Shown here: positions 49,070-57,136 of the stretch, piece by piece | How the letters are laid out: each line of letters starts with the position of its first letter | Numbering within the stretch: the stretch's first letter is position 1 | Origin: an uncultured Mycoplasmatota bacterium | GTDB taxonomy: Bacteria > Bacillota_I > Bacilli_A > RF39 > UBA660 | DNA length: 64,000 nucleotides | Assembly (NCBI GenBank): GCA_900544625.1 | Contig: UQVR01000001.1 | Span: forward strand, 29,517-93,516 | Reading direction: 5' to 3' | Program-made: the position numbers and the translations under genes | The notes under the pieces: model-generated | Databases searched by the model: none | What the model was told of the DNA's origin: nothing | Seen by the model: the letters and a program-made list of their open reading frames with translations, nothing else

Positions 49070-50380
49070 ATGAGTGATAATGAAAGATTTACGTTATATA
49101 AATATTACGAATGTTTAGTAAACAAACTAATTAAAATAAGGGGTAGTAGAAAATATTTAAGTGATTCCCTAGAAGAAAAATATGCTACATCTATTAATAG
49201 ATTAATTGATAGTTTTGATTTTTTTGAAGATCCAAAAAAATTAGAGGAAGAATATAGCATTTTAATAAATAATTTAAAAATAAAGTTCAAAGAATATGCT
49301 AATGAAATATTTGCAAGTCATAAAATAACGGCACATATTGATTTAAATTTTGATTGTAATTTTGATACATTTGTTGATCAAGTGCATGAAATAATAAAAG
49401 TTTATGTTAGAAATAGACGTTTAGTATTTAAAACAGAAAAAAGAATCCAAGAATTAACTGAAGGAAAAGAAAAGAACTTAGTAATAATTAATTTTATTGA
49501 TGAAATAAAACGTAAATTAATTGAAATTGATAGTTCTATAGATTTTAATAAAAATATAGATGAAATAAGAAGAATGTTAAAAGAATTATCTACTATGATG
49601 AATAAACATCAAGTATATTGTGAAACAGTTTTAAAAATAGAAAATATAATCGGAGATTGTGCACCAGATTCATTAATAATTTTTCTAAACAATATTAATC
49701 TAGCTCTTTGGGAAGGACGTTATGCATATTTAGATTCATTAGTTTTTGGTATGAATTTATCTTTAGAAAAATTTCAATCAAGAAAAAGTGACGTTTTTTC
49801 TAGTTTAGCTTTAATTAAAGAAAATTATAATACTAGAATAAATTCATTAGGTAAAAATGATTTAAGTAAAATAGATGTTGCCAATAAAATGCTTGCAATG
49901 ATAAAAGAAATATTAAAAAGAGTATTAAAAGATCAGGAAAGTAGAGATATTTTAAGAACTCTTACAAGTATTAAGTTTGAAAATGTCGAAGAAATATATG
50001 ATATAGTTCAATCTAAAACGAAAAATGTTTTTGTTAAAATAAACGAAAAATATGATGGTGAAAATATCTTACTTAAAACAGATTATGCTAATAGTAAACT
50101 TTATTGTACAGGTTTTACATCATTTGGAGAAGAAACATTTGAATTTCATAGATCAACATTTATTAGAAATTATATTAGTTTATATGATTTGTTAACTTCA
50201 GGAAAAATTGATAAAAAATATTTATTAGAATTTGCTAGTATGATTGGAATGCCTTTAGATGAAGATTTGCAAAATTCTAGTGAAATAAGTATAATTAATA
50301 AAGCTGTAGATTATCTTGATGCTAAAAGAGCAATTAATAAAAGCAATCAAAATGTTGTTTTAAAAAGAGAAAAAATTTAA
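49070..50380 (+). CDS. Hypothetical protein (436 aa), ORF C; its C-terminal domain is distantly related to that of ORFs D and E (LKT..., F..Y.S..DLL, ...LKREK tail)
   Basis: The ribosome-binding site AAAGGAG precedes the ATG. It follows the stop of ORF B after a 12 nt gap. Confidence 0.7.
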   Translation: MSDNERFTLYKYYECLVNKLIKIRGSRKYLSDSLEEKYATSINRLIDSFDFFEDPKKLEEEYSILINNLKIKFKEYANEIFASHKITAHIDLNFDCNFDTFVDQVHEIIKVYVRNRRLVFKTEKRIQELTEGKEKNLVIINFIDEIKRKLIEIDSSIDFNKNIDEIRRMLKELSTMMNKHQVYCETVLKIENIIGDCAPDSLIIFLNNINLALWEGRYAYLDSLVFGMNLSLEKFQSRKSDVFSSLALIKENYNTRINSLGKNDLSKIDVANKMLAMIKEILKRVLKDQESRDILRTLTSIKFENVEEIYDIVQSKTKNVFVKINEKYDGENILLKTDYANSKLYCTGFTSFGEETFEFHRSTFIRNYISLYDLLTSGKIDKKYLLEFASMIGMPLDEDLQNSSEISIINKAVDYLDAKRAINKSNQNVVLKREKI

Positions 50381-50392
50381 ATGGAGTAAATC

Positions 50393-51817
50393 ATGGATTA
50401 TAGTGAAGCATTAAAGTTATTTGGATTTACAGGTAATTTTACAAAAGAAGAATTAAAGAAAAGATACTTGGAATTATCTAAAAAATATCATCCAGATTTA
50501 AATGGGGATGAAGAGATGATGAAGAAGATTAATTCCGCATATGAAGTATTAAAAAGTCATAGTGTGTCAAGTGATTTAGTAAAATACTATGATAGTTTAA
50601 AAGAAAGATTGAAATTTTTTGCAAGTAAAACTGTTTATTTGCCTGATACTTTAGAATTTAAATATGCAAAAGAAATTGATGAAGTTATTGAAAAATTTAA
50701 TTTTAATATGTCTAAATCTGCGTTAGATTTATTTTATAATGTTATTTTAGATCATATAAAAGATATATTTGCAAAGTACAAAAAAGAAGTATTAAAAAAT
50801 GTACCCGTATTTTTTGTGAGTAAATTTGAACCAATTAATGATGATTGTTCTTTTGATGATTATGTAAAGAAAGTAAATGAAATTAGAAATAAATATGAAA
50901 AAATTGATAAAGGCTTAAATCAAATTATATTATCTATGTTTAAAGATAAAAATGTTAATAGTAAAATATTAGAAGAGATTTTTGATGTAAAAGAAATAAT
51001 AATTAAAGAAATTATTGATAAAAAAATTACATTAGATGATGGTATATATAAATTACAAGCTGAAATAAAGACAAGAATTTTAAAAATAGAAGCATTAAAT
51101 AATAAAATTTGGAATACTTATAAAGCAATAATGAATAACTTTAATAGAAGAATGAAGGAATTAAATCCTACGGATATAGAAGATATTGATGTTGCTATGA
51201 AAGCGTTTAATAAAGCTATGGCTACATTAAAATCTGTTCAATTAGGTACTGAAGATGAAAAAGTTTTAGGCACTCTTGAAAATTTAACATTTACAAATAG
51301 TGATGAACTTAAAGAAAATGAATATGAATTATATATTACCGCAAATTTTTCTGATGGTGAGGAACCTGAGATTGTTTTGAAAACTGGTGAAAATGGAAAT
51401 CTTGTATCCTTTTTAAAGAAAATTGCTGATATGACAGAAGAAGTTTTTGTGGCTAAAGAAGTGTTTTATAAAAAATATAGTAGTTTTAAAGATGTTTTAA
51501 AGAATTTGGATTTTTTAGGTGATAAAGGTTATGTTCAATATTTAAATACAAAATCTATGGCTACAGCATTATATTATTATGAAAATGCGGGTTGTTATAT
51601 TGTTTTGACAAAAAATAATGAAATAATAATAGTTAGATATAATAAATTTGATTCATTAAGTCCTTTTGTAACGGATATTGCTAGTAGAACGTATAAAGAT
51701 AAGCAAGTACTATACGATAAAATCTATAATAGTTTCTTAAAAAGCAAAAAAGAAATAAAGTTTAAAAATAATGAAAATAATATATTAAAAAGAGAGAAAA
51801 ATAAAGAAAATATCTAG
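50393..51817 (+). CDS. J-domain (DnaJ-like, HPD motif) protein with a roughly 400 aa C-terminal domain of unknown function, ORF D
   Basis: N-terminus LFGFTGNFTKEELKKRYLELSKKYHPDLNGDEEMMKKINSAYEVLK is a canonical J-domain helix II-HPD-helix III. The ribosome-binding site GGAG lies 6 nt upstream. Confidence 0.8.
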   Translation: MDYSEALKLFGFTGNFTKEELKKRYLELSKKYHPDLNGDEEMMKKINSAYEVLKSHSVSSDLVKYYDSLKERLKFFASKTVYLPDTLEFKYAKEIDEVIEKFNFNMSKSALDLFYNVILDHIKDIFAKYKKEVLKNVPVFFVSKFEPINDDCSFDDYVKKVNEIRNKYEKIDKGLNQIILSMFKDKNVNSKILEEIFDVKEIIIKEIIDKKITLDDGIYKLQAEIKTRILKIEALNNKIWNTYKAIMNNFNRRMKELNPTDIEDIDVAMKAFNKAMATLKSVQLGTEDEKVLGTLENLTFTNSDELKENEYELYITANFSDGEEPEIVLKTGENGNLVSFLKKIADMTEEVFVAKEVFYKKYSSFKDVLKNLDFLGDKGYVQYLNTKSMATALYYYENAGCYIVLTKNNEIIIVRYNKFDSLSPFVTDIASRTYKDKQVLYDKIYNSFLKSKKEIKFKNNENNILKREKNKENI

Positions 51818-51844
51818 ACAAAAAACAAAGAAAGAAGAGAGAAA

Positions 51845-52537
51845 ATGAAGGAAAATATGTACAGAGACATTTATAAAATGTTGGTAGATAAATTAAAAAA
51901 TAGATTGATGGAATTGCAATCAACCGATTTAGAAGAAATTAATAATGCTTTGCAAACATTTAATAAAGCTATGGTTATATTAAAAGCTGTTCAATTTGGT
52001 GCTGAAGATGAAAAAGTTTTAGGTACCCTTGGAAATTTAAAATTTATAGGTAAAGACGAAATACATGAAGATTATAAATATGAATTATATATATCAGCTA
52101 AAGTTTCTGAAGATGAGGTTCCAGAAATTGTTTTAAAAACTGGCAGAGTTGGTAATTTTGTATCTTATTTAAAGAAAAGCGATAATGGTACGGAACCAAC
52201 AGAGACATTTTATATGTCTAGTGATAAATTTTATGAAAAATATCGTATGTTTACAGAATATTTAAAACAAGCTTATTTTCAAGGAAAACGTTGTTTCGTA
52301 AAAGAAACATCAAGTGATGCAACATTGTTATATTTTTTTGAAGATATAAGTATTGTTTCGATTTTAAAGAATGCAAATGTAATTGTTGCAAAATATAGCG
52401 ATATTTCGATTGAACCCCCTAATAATTGTGATGTAGCTGCTAGAAAATATAAAGATGAACGAATACTTTATTATAAAATCTATAATAGTTTCTTTGAAAG
52501 AGAAGAAGAAATAAAGTTAAAACGCGAAAAAAAATAA
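51845..52537 (+). CDS. Truncated paralogue of the ORF D C-terminal domain with an N-terminal 10 codon leader identical to aspS (chimeric ORF E)
   Basis: Residues 1-10 (MKENMYRDIY) match the aspS start, and 28 of the first 30 nucleotides are identical. The remainder is about 65% identical to ORF D residues about 270-340 and about 35-40% identical thereafter. Confidence 0.55.
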   Translation: MKENMYRDIYKMLVDKLKNRLMELQSTDLEEINNALQTFNKAMVILKAVQFGAEDEKVLGTLGNLKFIGKDEIHEDYKYELYISAKVSEDEVPEIVLKTGRVGNFVSYLKKSDNGTEPTETFYMSSDKFYEKYRMFTEYLKQAYFQGKRCFVKETSSDATLLYFFEDISIVSILKNANVIVAKYSDISIEPPNNCDVAARKYKDERILYYKIYNSFFEREEEIKLKREKK

Positions 52538-52547
52538 ATAAAATATC

Positions 52548-52576
52548 TAGACAAATGATTAAAAAAGTAGTATATT
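52548..52576 (+). promoter_or_regulatory. Promoter of the aspS leader (TAGACA-17-TATATT)
   Basis: Sequence tagacaaatgattaaaaaagtagtatatt. Confidence 0.45.
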
Positions 52577-52584
52577 CTACTTAT

Positions 52585-52800
52585 GATTTATTTGGTAAAC
52601 CAGTAGGTAACTGATAGTTTATAGAGAACTAGTGGATGGTGAAAACTAGTAACTTAAGTTAGTGAAGATAGTACCTTGAAAGTAAACGGGTAAGCCCGAT
52701 ATAGCAAATTAAGATGCATAGAATTCTATGAATTAAGGTGGCACCGCGGGTTATACTCGTCCTTAAGCTAAATTAATTTATAGAATTTTTTATATTTATG
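52585..52800 (+). promoter_or_regulatory. T-box riboswitch leader, Asp-specific (GAU specifier; discriminator-pairing C)
   Basis: Stem I AGAGA element. Specifier-loop candidate GAUA at 52663-52666. Conserved T-box sequence AATTAAGGTGGCACCGCGGG at 52731-52750, followed by an AT-rich hairpin and a U-run before aspS. Confidence 0.7.
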
Positions 52801-52814
52801 GAGGAGTTAAGAAT

Positions 52815-54554
52815 ATGAAAGAAAATATGTACAGAGATATTTATTGTGGAGAAGTAAATTCTTCATATATTGGTAAAAATATTAGATTAGCTGGATGGGT
52901 TAATAGTATTAGAAATCTTGGTAATTTAGTATTTATTACACTAAGAGATGAAACAGGTATTGTGCAATTAATATCTGAAGATGTAGAAAAATATAAGAAT
53001 TTACATCGTGAAGCAACAGTTACAATTACTGGGGTAGTTGAAGCTAGAACACCAGATATGGTTAACAAAAACATGAAAACCGGAGAAATTGAAGTTAGAC
53101 TTGAGACACTTGAAGTTCTTGGTGATTGTATAAATGTTTTACCATTTGAAATTAATAAATCTAAAGAATCTAATGAAGATACAAGACTTAAGTATCGTTA
53201 TCTAGATTTAAGAAATAAAGAAGTTCATGATAATATTATATTTAGAAGTAAGATTATGGATTTTTTAAGAAAAACTATGAAAGAAATGGACTTTTTAGAA
53301 GTGCAAACACCAATTATTACAGCAACAAGTCCAGAAGGAGCCAGAGACTTTATAATTCCTTCTAGAAAATTTGCAGGTAAGTTTTATGCGTTACCTCAAT
53401 CACCACAAATATTTAAACAATTATTAATGGTATCTGGATTTAATAAATATTTCCAAATAGCACCATGTTTTAGAGATGAAGATCCAAGAAGTGATAGATT
53501 GTATGGTGAATTTTATCAACTTGACTTTGAAATGAGTTTTGCAACTGATGAAGATGTATATAAAGTGGGAGAAAAAGTATTTTATGATGTATTTAGTACA
53601 TTTAGTGAAAAATATGTAAGTCCAGCACCTTTTAGAAGAATTAAGTTTAAAGATGCAATACTAAAATATGGTAGTGATAAACCAGATTTAAGAAACCCAT
53701 TAATAATCGAAGATATTTCTGATATAATGGGTAAAAGTGATTTTGCACCATTTAAAGATACAGTTGTTAGATGTATTAAAGTAGAAAACATTGAAAAATC
53801 TAATTCATGGTATAAAACAATGGAAGAATATGTAAAAGGTCTTCATGGTAATTTAGGTTATATTCAAGTAAAGGAAGGTATGGAATTAAAATCATCTTTG
53901 ACTAAGTTTATGAGTGATGAAGTAAAGAATGAATTGATTGAAAAAATGAATTTACATGAAAATGATGCATTATTTATTGTAGCAGATAAAAACAGATGTG
54001 CAAGAATAATGGGTAATCTACGTACTAAATTAGGTAATGAGCTAGATTTAATTGATAAGAATAGATATGAATTTTGTATTATTAATGATTTTCCATTTTA
54101 TGAAGAAAATGAAGAAACTGGAGCAATTGAATTCTCTCATAACCCATTTAGTATGCCAAAAGGTGGGTTAGATGCTTTAAATAATAAAAATCCATTTGAA
54201 ATTGAAGCATTCCAATATGATTTTGTGTGTAATGGGTATGAAATGGCTTCTGGTGGAGTTCGTAACCATTCTCCAGAAATACTTAAAAAAGCTTTTGAAC
54301 TAGTTGGTTATGGTGAAGATATTGTAAGAAGTAAATTTCCAAGTTTATATGAAGCGTTTAAATATGGAGCTCCTCCACATGCTGGTATGGCTCCGGGTAT
54401 TGACAGAATTATAATGCTTTTAAAAGATGAAGAAAATATTAGAGAAATTGTACCATTCCCAATTGGTGCTAATGGGGCAGATGCTATGATGGGGTGCCCT
54501 AGTGAAGCATTCCCAGAACAATTAAAAGAAGCACATATAAAGTTAGATTTATAG
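52815..54554 (+). CDS. aspS: Aspartyl-tRNA synthetase (bacterial type)
   Basis: The 579 aa product has an N-terminal OB fold, class II motifs FRDEDPRSDR and QLDFEMSF, a GAD insertion and motif 3 GMAPGIDRIIM. Confidence 0.95.
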   Translation: MKENMYRDIYCGEVNSSYIGKNIRLAGWVNSIRNLGNLVFITLRDETGIVQLISEDVEKYKNLHREATVTITGVVEARTPDMVNKNMKTGEIEVRLETLEVLGDCINVLPFEINKSKESNEDTRLKYRYLDLRNKEVHDNIIFRSKIMDFLRKTMKEMDFLEVQTPIITATSPEGARDFIIPSRKFAGKFYALPQSPQIFKQLLMVSGFNKYFQIAPCFRDEDPRSDRLYGEFYQLDFEMSFATDEDVYKVGEKVFYDVFSTFSEKYVSPAPFRRIKFKDAILKYGSDKPDLRNPLIIEDISDIMGKSDFAPFKDTVVRCIKVENIEKSNSWYKTMEEYVKGLHGNLGYIQVKEGMELKSSLTKFMSDEVKNELIEKMNLHENDALFIVADKNRCARIMGNLRTKLGNELDLIDKNRYEFCIINDFPFYEENEETGAIEFSHNPFSMPKGGLDALNNKNPFEIEAFQYDFVCNGYEMASGGVRNHSPEILKKAFELVGYGEDIVRSKFPSLYEAFKYGAPPHAGMAPGIDRIIMLLKDEENIREIVPFPIGANGADAMMGCPSEAFPEQLKEAHIKLDL

Positions 54555-54561
54555 GTTTGTT

Positions 54562-55284
54562 ATGTTAAGACGCGTAAAATTGTGTGATTTAGATCCTGAT
54601 AGAGCATATTTTCATTTTACAAAGACAATTGATTTATCTCGTATTGAAAAAAATAATTTAACTTCAGAGATTAGTGCCAGTCTTGCAATGGCTGATAATA
54701 CTAAAAGAATTCATTTTTCTACTGGTGTAGGTAGTATTTTAAAGTATCATGATGTCTATCTTAAATGGATGATGAATACTATGTATGGAGAAAAAAGTTT
54801 AAGAAAAAAATATGATGATGATGTATTTAAGCGTAAAATGTATGAATGGACTAAAGAATTTTTAACTGATAATTATAAAAGTGATCAATATAAAAAAAAT
54901 GCTGTTTTTACAAAATATTATCACGATATGTTAGAATGTATGTATTTAGTTATTAATGTTTCTAATGCATGTGATTATAATAAAGATGAATATGATGAGA
55001 TAAAAGTTAAATATAATTTAGATAAGAATTCTACAGATTATCTAATTATGAAGAAAATATATGGCGATTATAGTGATTTTGATAGTAAAGTAATGGAATT
55101 GTGGAATATGAGTACGTTTAGAAGAAGATATGTTATGACAAAAGACATTAGAGTGGTAATATTAGATACCTTAGATGTTAATGTAATTGATATTTTAAAA
55201 TATGTATATGAAAATTACAAAAATATAAAATATGATTTATTAGATGATTTTATGCTTTGGTTAAAATTAAATGAAGGAAAGTAG
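54562..55284 (+). CDS. Hypothetical protein (240 aa)
   Basis: Tightly follows aspS. No recognisable motif. Confidence 0.55.
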   Translation: MLRRVKLCDLDPDRAYFHFTKTIDLSRIEKNNLTSEISASLAMADNTKRIHFSTGVGSILKYHDVYLKWMMNTMYGEKSLRKKYDDDVFKRKMYEWTKEFLTDNYKSDQYKKNAVFTKYYHDMLECMYLVINVSNACDYNKDEYDEIKVKYNLDKNSTDYLIMKKIYGDYSDFDSKVMELWNMSTFRRRYVMTKDIRVVILDTLDVNVIDILKYVYENYKNIKYDLLDDFMLWLKLNEGK

Positions 55285-55404
55285 TGATACTTTCTTTTTT
55301 TTACTAAAAAAGTAAATTTATTTTTGTAAAATTTTAGGAAATAGTATTCTATTTCCCTTTTAAATATGGTAAAATAAAGGGTAATTGAAAGGAATGTTAA
55401 ATAT

Positions 55405-56112
55405 ATGATATTATGTGGAAAGAAAGCAAGATTGTATAATTGTTTAATAGAAATTTTAAATCAACATATGGATAATTATAATTATGAATTTATCATCGGA
55501 AAGAAAGATGGTAATAAATATTATACTAATAATTTGGAAAATATTGAAATTCATAAAAAAAATTCTGATGATTTAGTTAGTGATGTAGAAGTAATAAGTT
55601 TAGGATATAATTTATTTAAAAGATTTGGATTAGATGATATAGAATTAAGTATTAGTTGTAATGAGGAAGTATTAAACTTACTTGAAGCATTAGAAATATA
55701 TTGTATAAATGATATTGAAAGTAATGAATTAAATTGGAATTATATTTATGAAGATGTAATAGTAGGTGTTGGATGCAAAAATAATAATGAAATTAATATT
55801 AAAATAAATATTGAAACATTGATAAATGAAGTAATGAATATTATTAGAGATAATGCTTTGGATATGAACATTGATGTATGTATTATTGGAGTAAGTGAAG
55901 AAGAAAGTTATCATGCTTTAAAAATAGCACAAGAATTAAGAATGAATAATATTAATGTTGTATTGAATGAAAAAGTAAATAGTAAATTTAATATAAATTT
56001 AGATGATGAAACTTTAAGTAAAGGTATTGTTAGTATAAAAGATAATTATACTAATGAAGAAATTAAATTAGATGAAGCAGATATATTAGAATATGTTTTA
56101 GGAAATATATAG
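55405..56112 (+). CDS. HisRS-like fragment: histidyl-tRNA-synthetase-derived protein retaining the post-motif-2 linker and the anticodon-binding domain but lacking class II motifs 1-3
   Basis: FGLDDIELSISCNEEVL resembles the HisRS LGL..V.L.INSLG segment. The C-terminus IDVCIIGVSEEESYHALKIAQELRMNNINVV...LSKGIVSIKDNYTNEEIKLDEADILEYV resembles the HisRS anticodon-binding domain with a roughly 20 aa deletion. Confidence 0.5.
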   Translation: MILCGKKARLYNCLIEILNQHMDNYNYEFIIGKKDGNKYYTNNLENIEIHKKNSDDLVSDVEVISLGYNLFKRFGLDDIELSISCNEEVLNLLEALEIYCINDIESNELNWNYIYEDVIVGVGCKNNNEINIKINIETLINEVMNIIRDNALDMNIDVCIIGVSEEESYHALKIAQELRMNNINVVLNEKVNSKFNINLDDETLSKGIVSIKDNYTNEEIKLDEADILEYVLGNI

Positions 56113-56120
56113 GAGAGTTT

Positions 56121-57134
56121 ATGGATTATATTAAAAAAATAGTACTTAATTGGATACTTTATAGTAGTGATCTGGTATATACATATAAAACTAAATGTAA
56201 AATTGTAAGATATGTAAAAGAAAATCCGAATGATGCACTTTTGGTAGCTTCAGGATTATATTTTCTAGATAAAAATAGTGAAAAAATTATTGTTAGTGCT
56301 AAAGGACATAACTTTTTGGAAGATATGAATAGATATAAATATGCTTTTTTTAAAAGAAGAGATTTAATGATAGAGAAATTCTTAAGTGAAAATGCAAATA
56401 GATATAAAAATACAGATATGCATATAAGTGGTAGTTATTTGGAAAATTTATTATTAAAAATGCTAGCTTCTTTTAATATGTACGATAAAAATTCAAATGA
56501 ATATGAACTATTAAGCAACATTATTAGAAAAAGGCCTAATGATGTTTTGGAAGCAATATTTATATGTAATTGGCAAGGAAAGAATATAAATGAAATAATA
56601 GCTGAAGCAATAAAGAAAAATTCTTTTGATAAAGAAATTGATAAATTATTAGTTATTGCAAGAAATTTAAAAATACTATTTAAAGATAAATATAAAAAAA
56701 TAACAAATGATTTTATTTTAGGAATAGAAGATAATATTAATATAACACCTGTTGATATAGAAGAAGAAAAATTAATTGATGAGTGGTTATATCTTCATAC
56801 TGATGAACACGAATATGATGATTTATTGTTAACATGGTGGGATAATATAAGCGACTTTTCTAAAGATTGTGAAGAGCATAAAAAAGTTATTAATTATATT
56901 TTAAATGATTCTGATACTTTTTTAGACATGTTAATGGCGATGAATATATTAGGGGTTAATATTGAGAATACCATTAATATGGCTTTAAGAGGAGATGATT
57001 TTGAATTTGATGATTTATTTAAAAAATATACATTTGCAGGAATTAATTTAAAAATATATTTTAAAGATGACTATAAGAAAGATGACTTTGTTAAAAGTTT
57101 AAATAATAGTTTAAAAAGAGAAAGAAGGAATTAA
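56121..57134 (+). CDS. Hypothetical protein (337 aa)
   Basis: No recognisable motif. Acidic and Lys-rich. Confidence 0.55.
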   Translation: MDYIKKIVLNWILYSSDLVYTYKTKCKIVRYVKENPNDALLVASGLYFLDKNSEKIIVSAKGHNFLEDMNRYKYAFFKRRDLMIEKFLSENANRYKNTDMHISGSYLENLLLKMLASFNMYDKNSNEYELLSNIIRKRPNDVLEAIFICNWQGKNINEIIAEAIKKNSFDKEIDKLLVIARNLKILFKDKYKKITNDFILGIEDNINITPVDIEEEKLIDEWLYLHTDEHEYDDLLLTWWDNISDFSKDCEEHKKVINYILNDSDTFLDMLMAMNILGVNIENTINMALRGDDFEFDDLFKKYTFAGINLKIYFKDDYKKDDFVKSLNNSLKRERRN

Positions 57135-57136
57135 AG

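Noticed and set aside
52841-53791. Minus-strand ORFs inside aspS
   Set aside because: Antisense within a confidently assigned synthetase.
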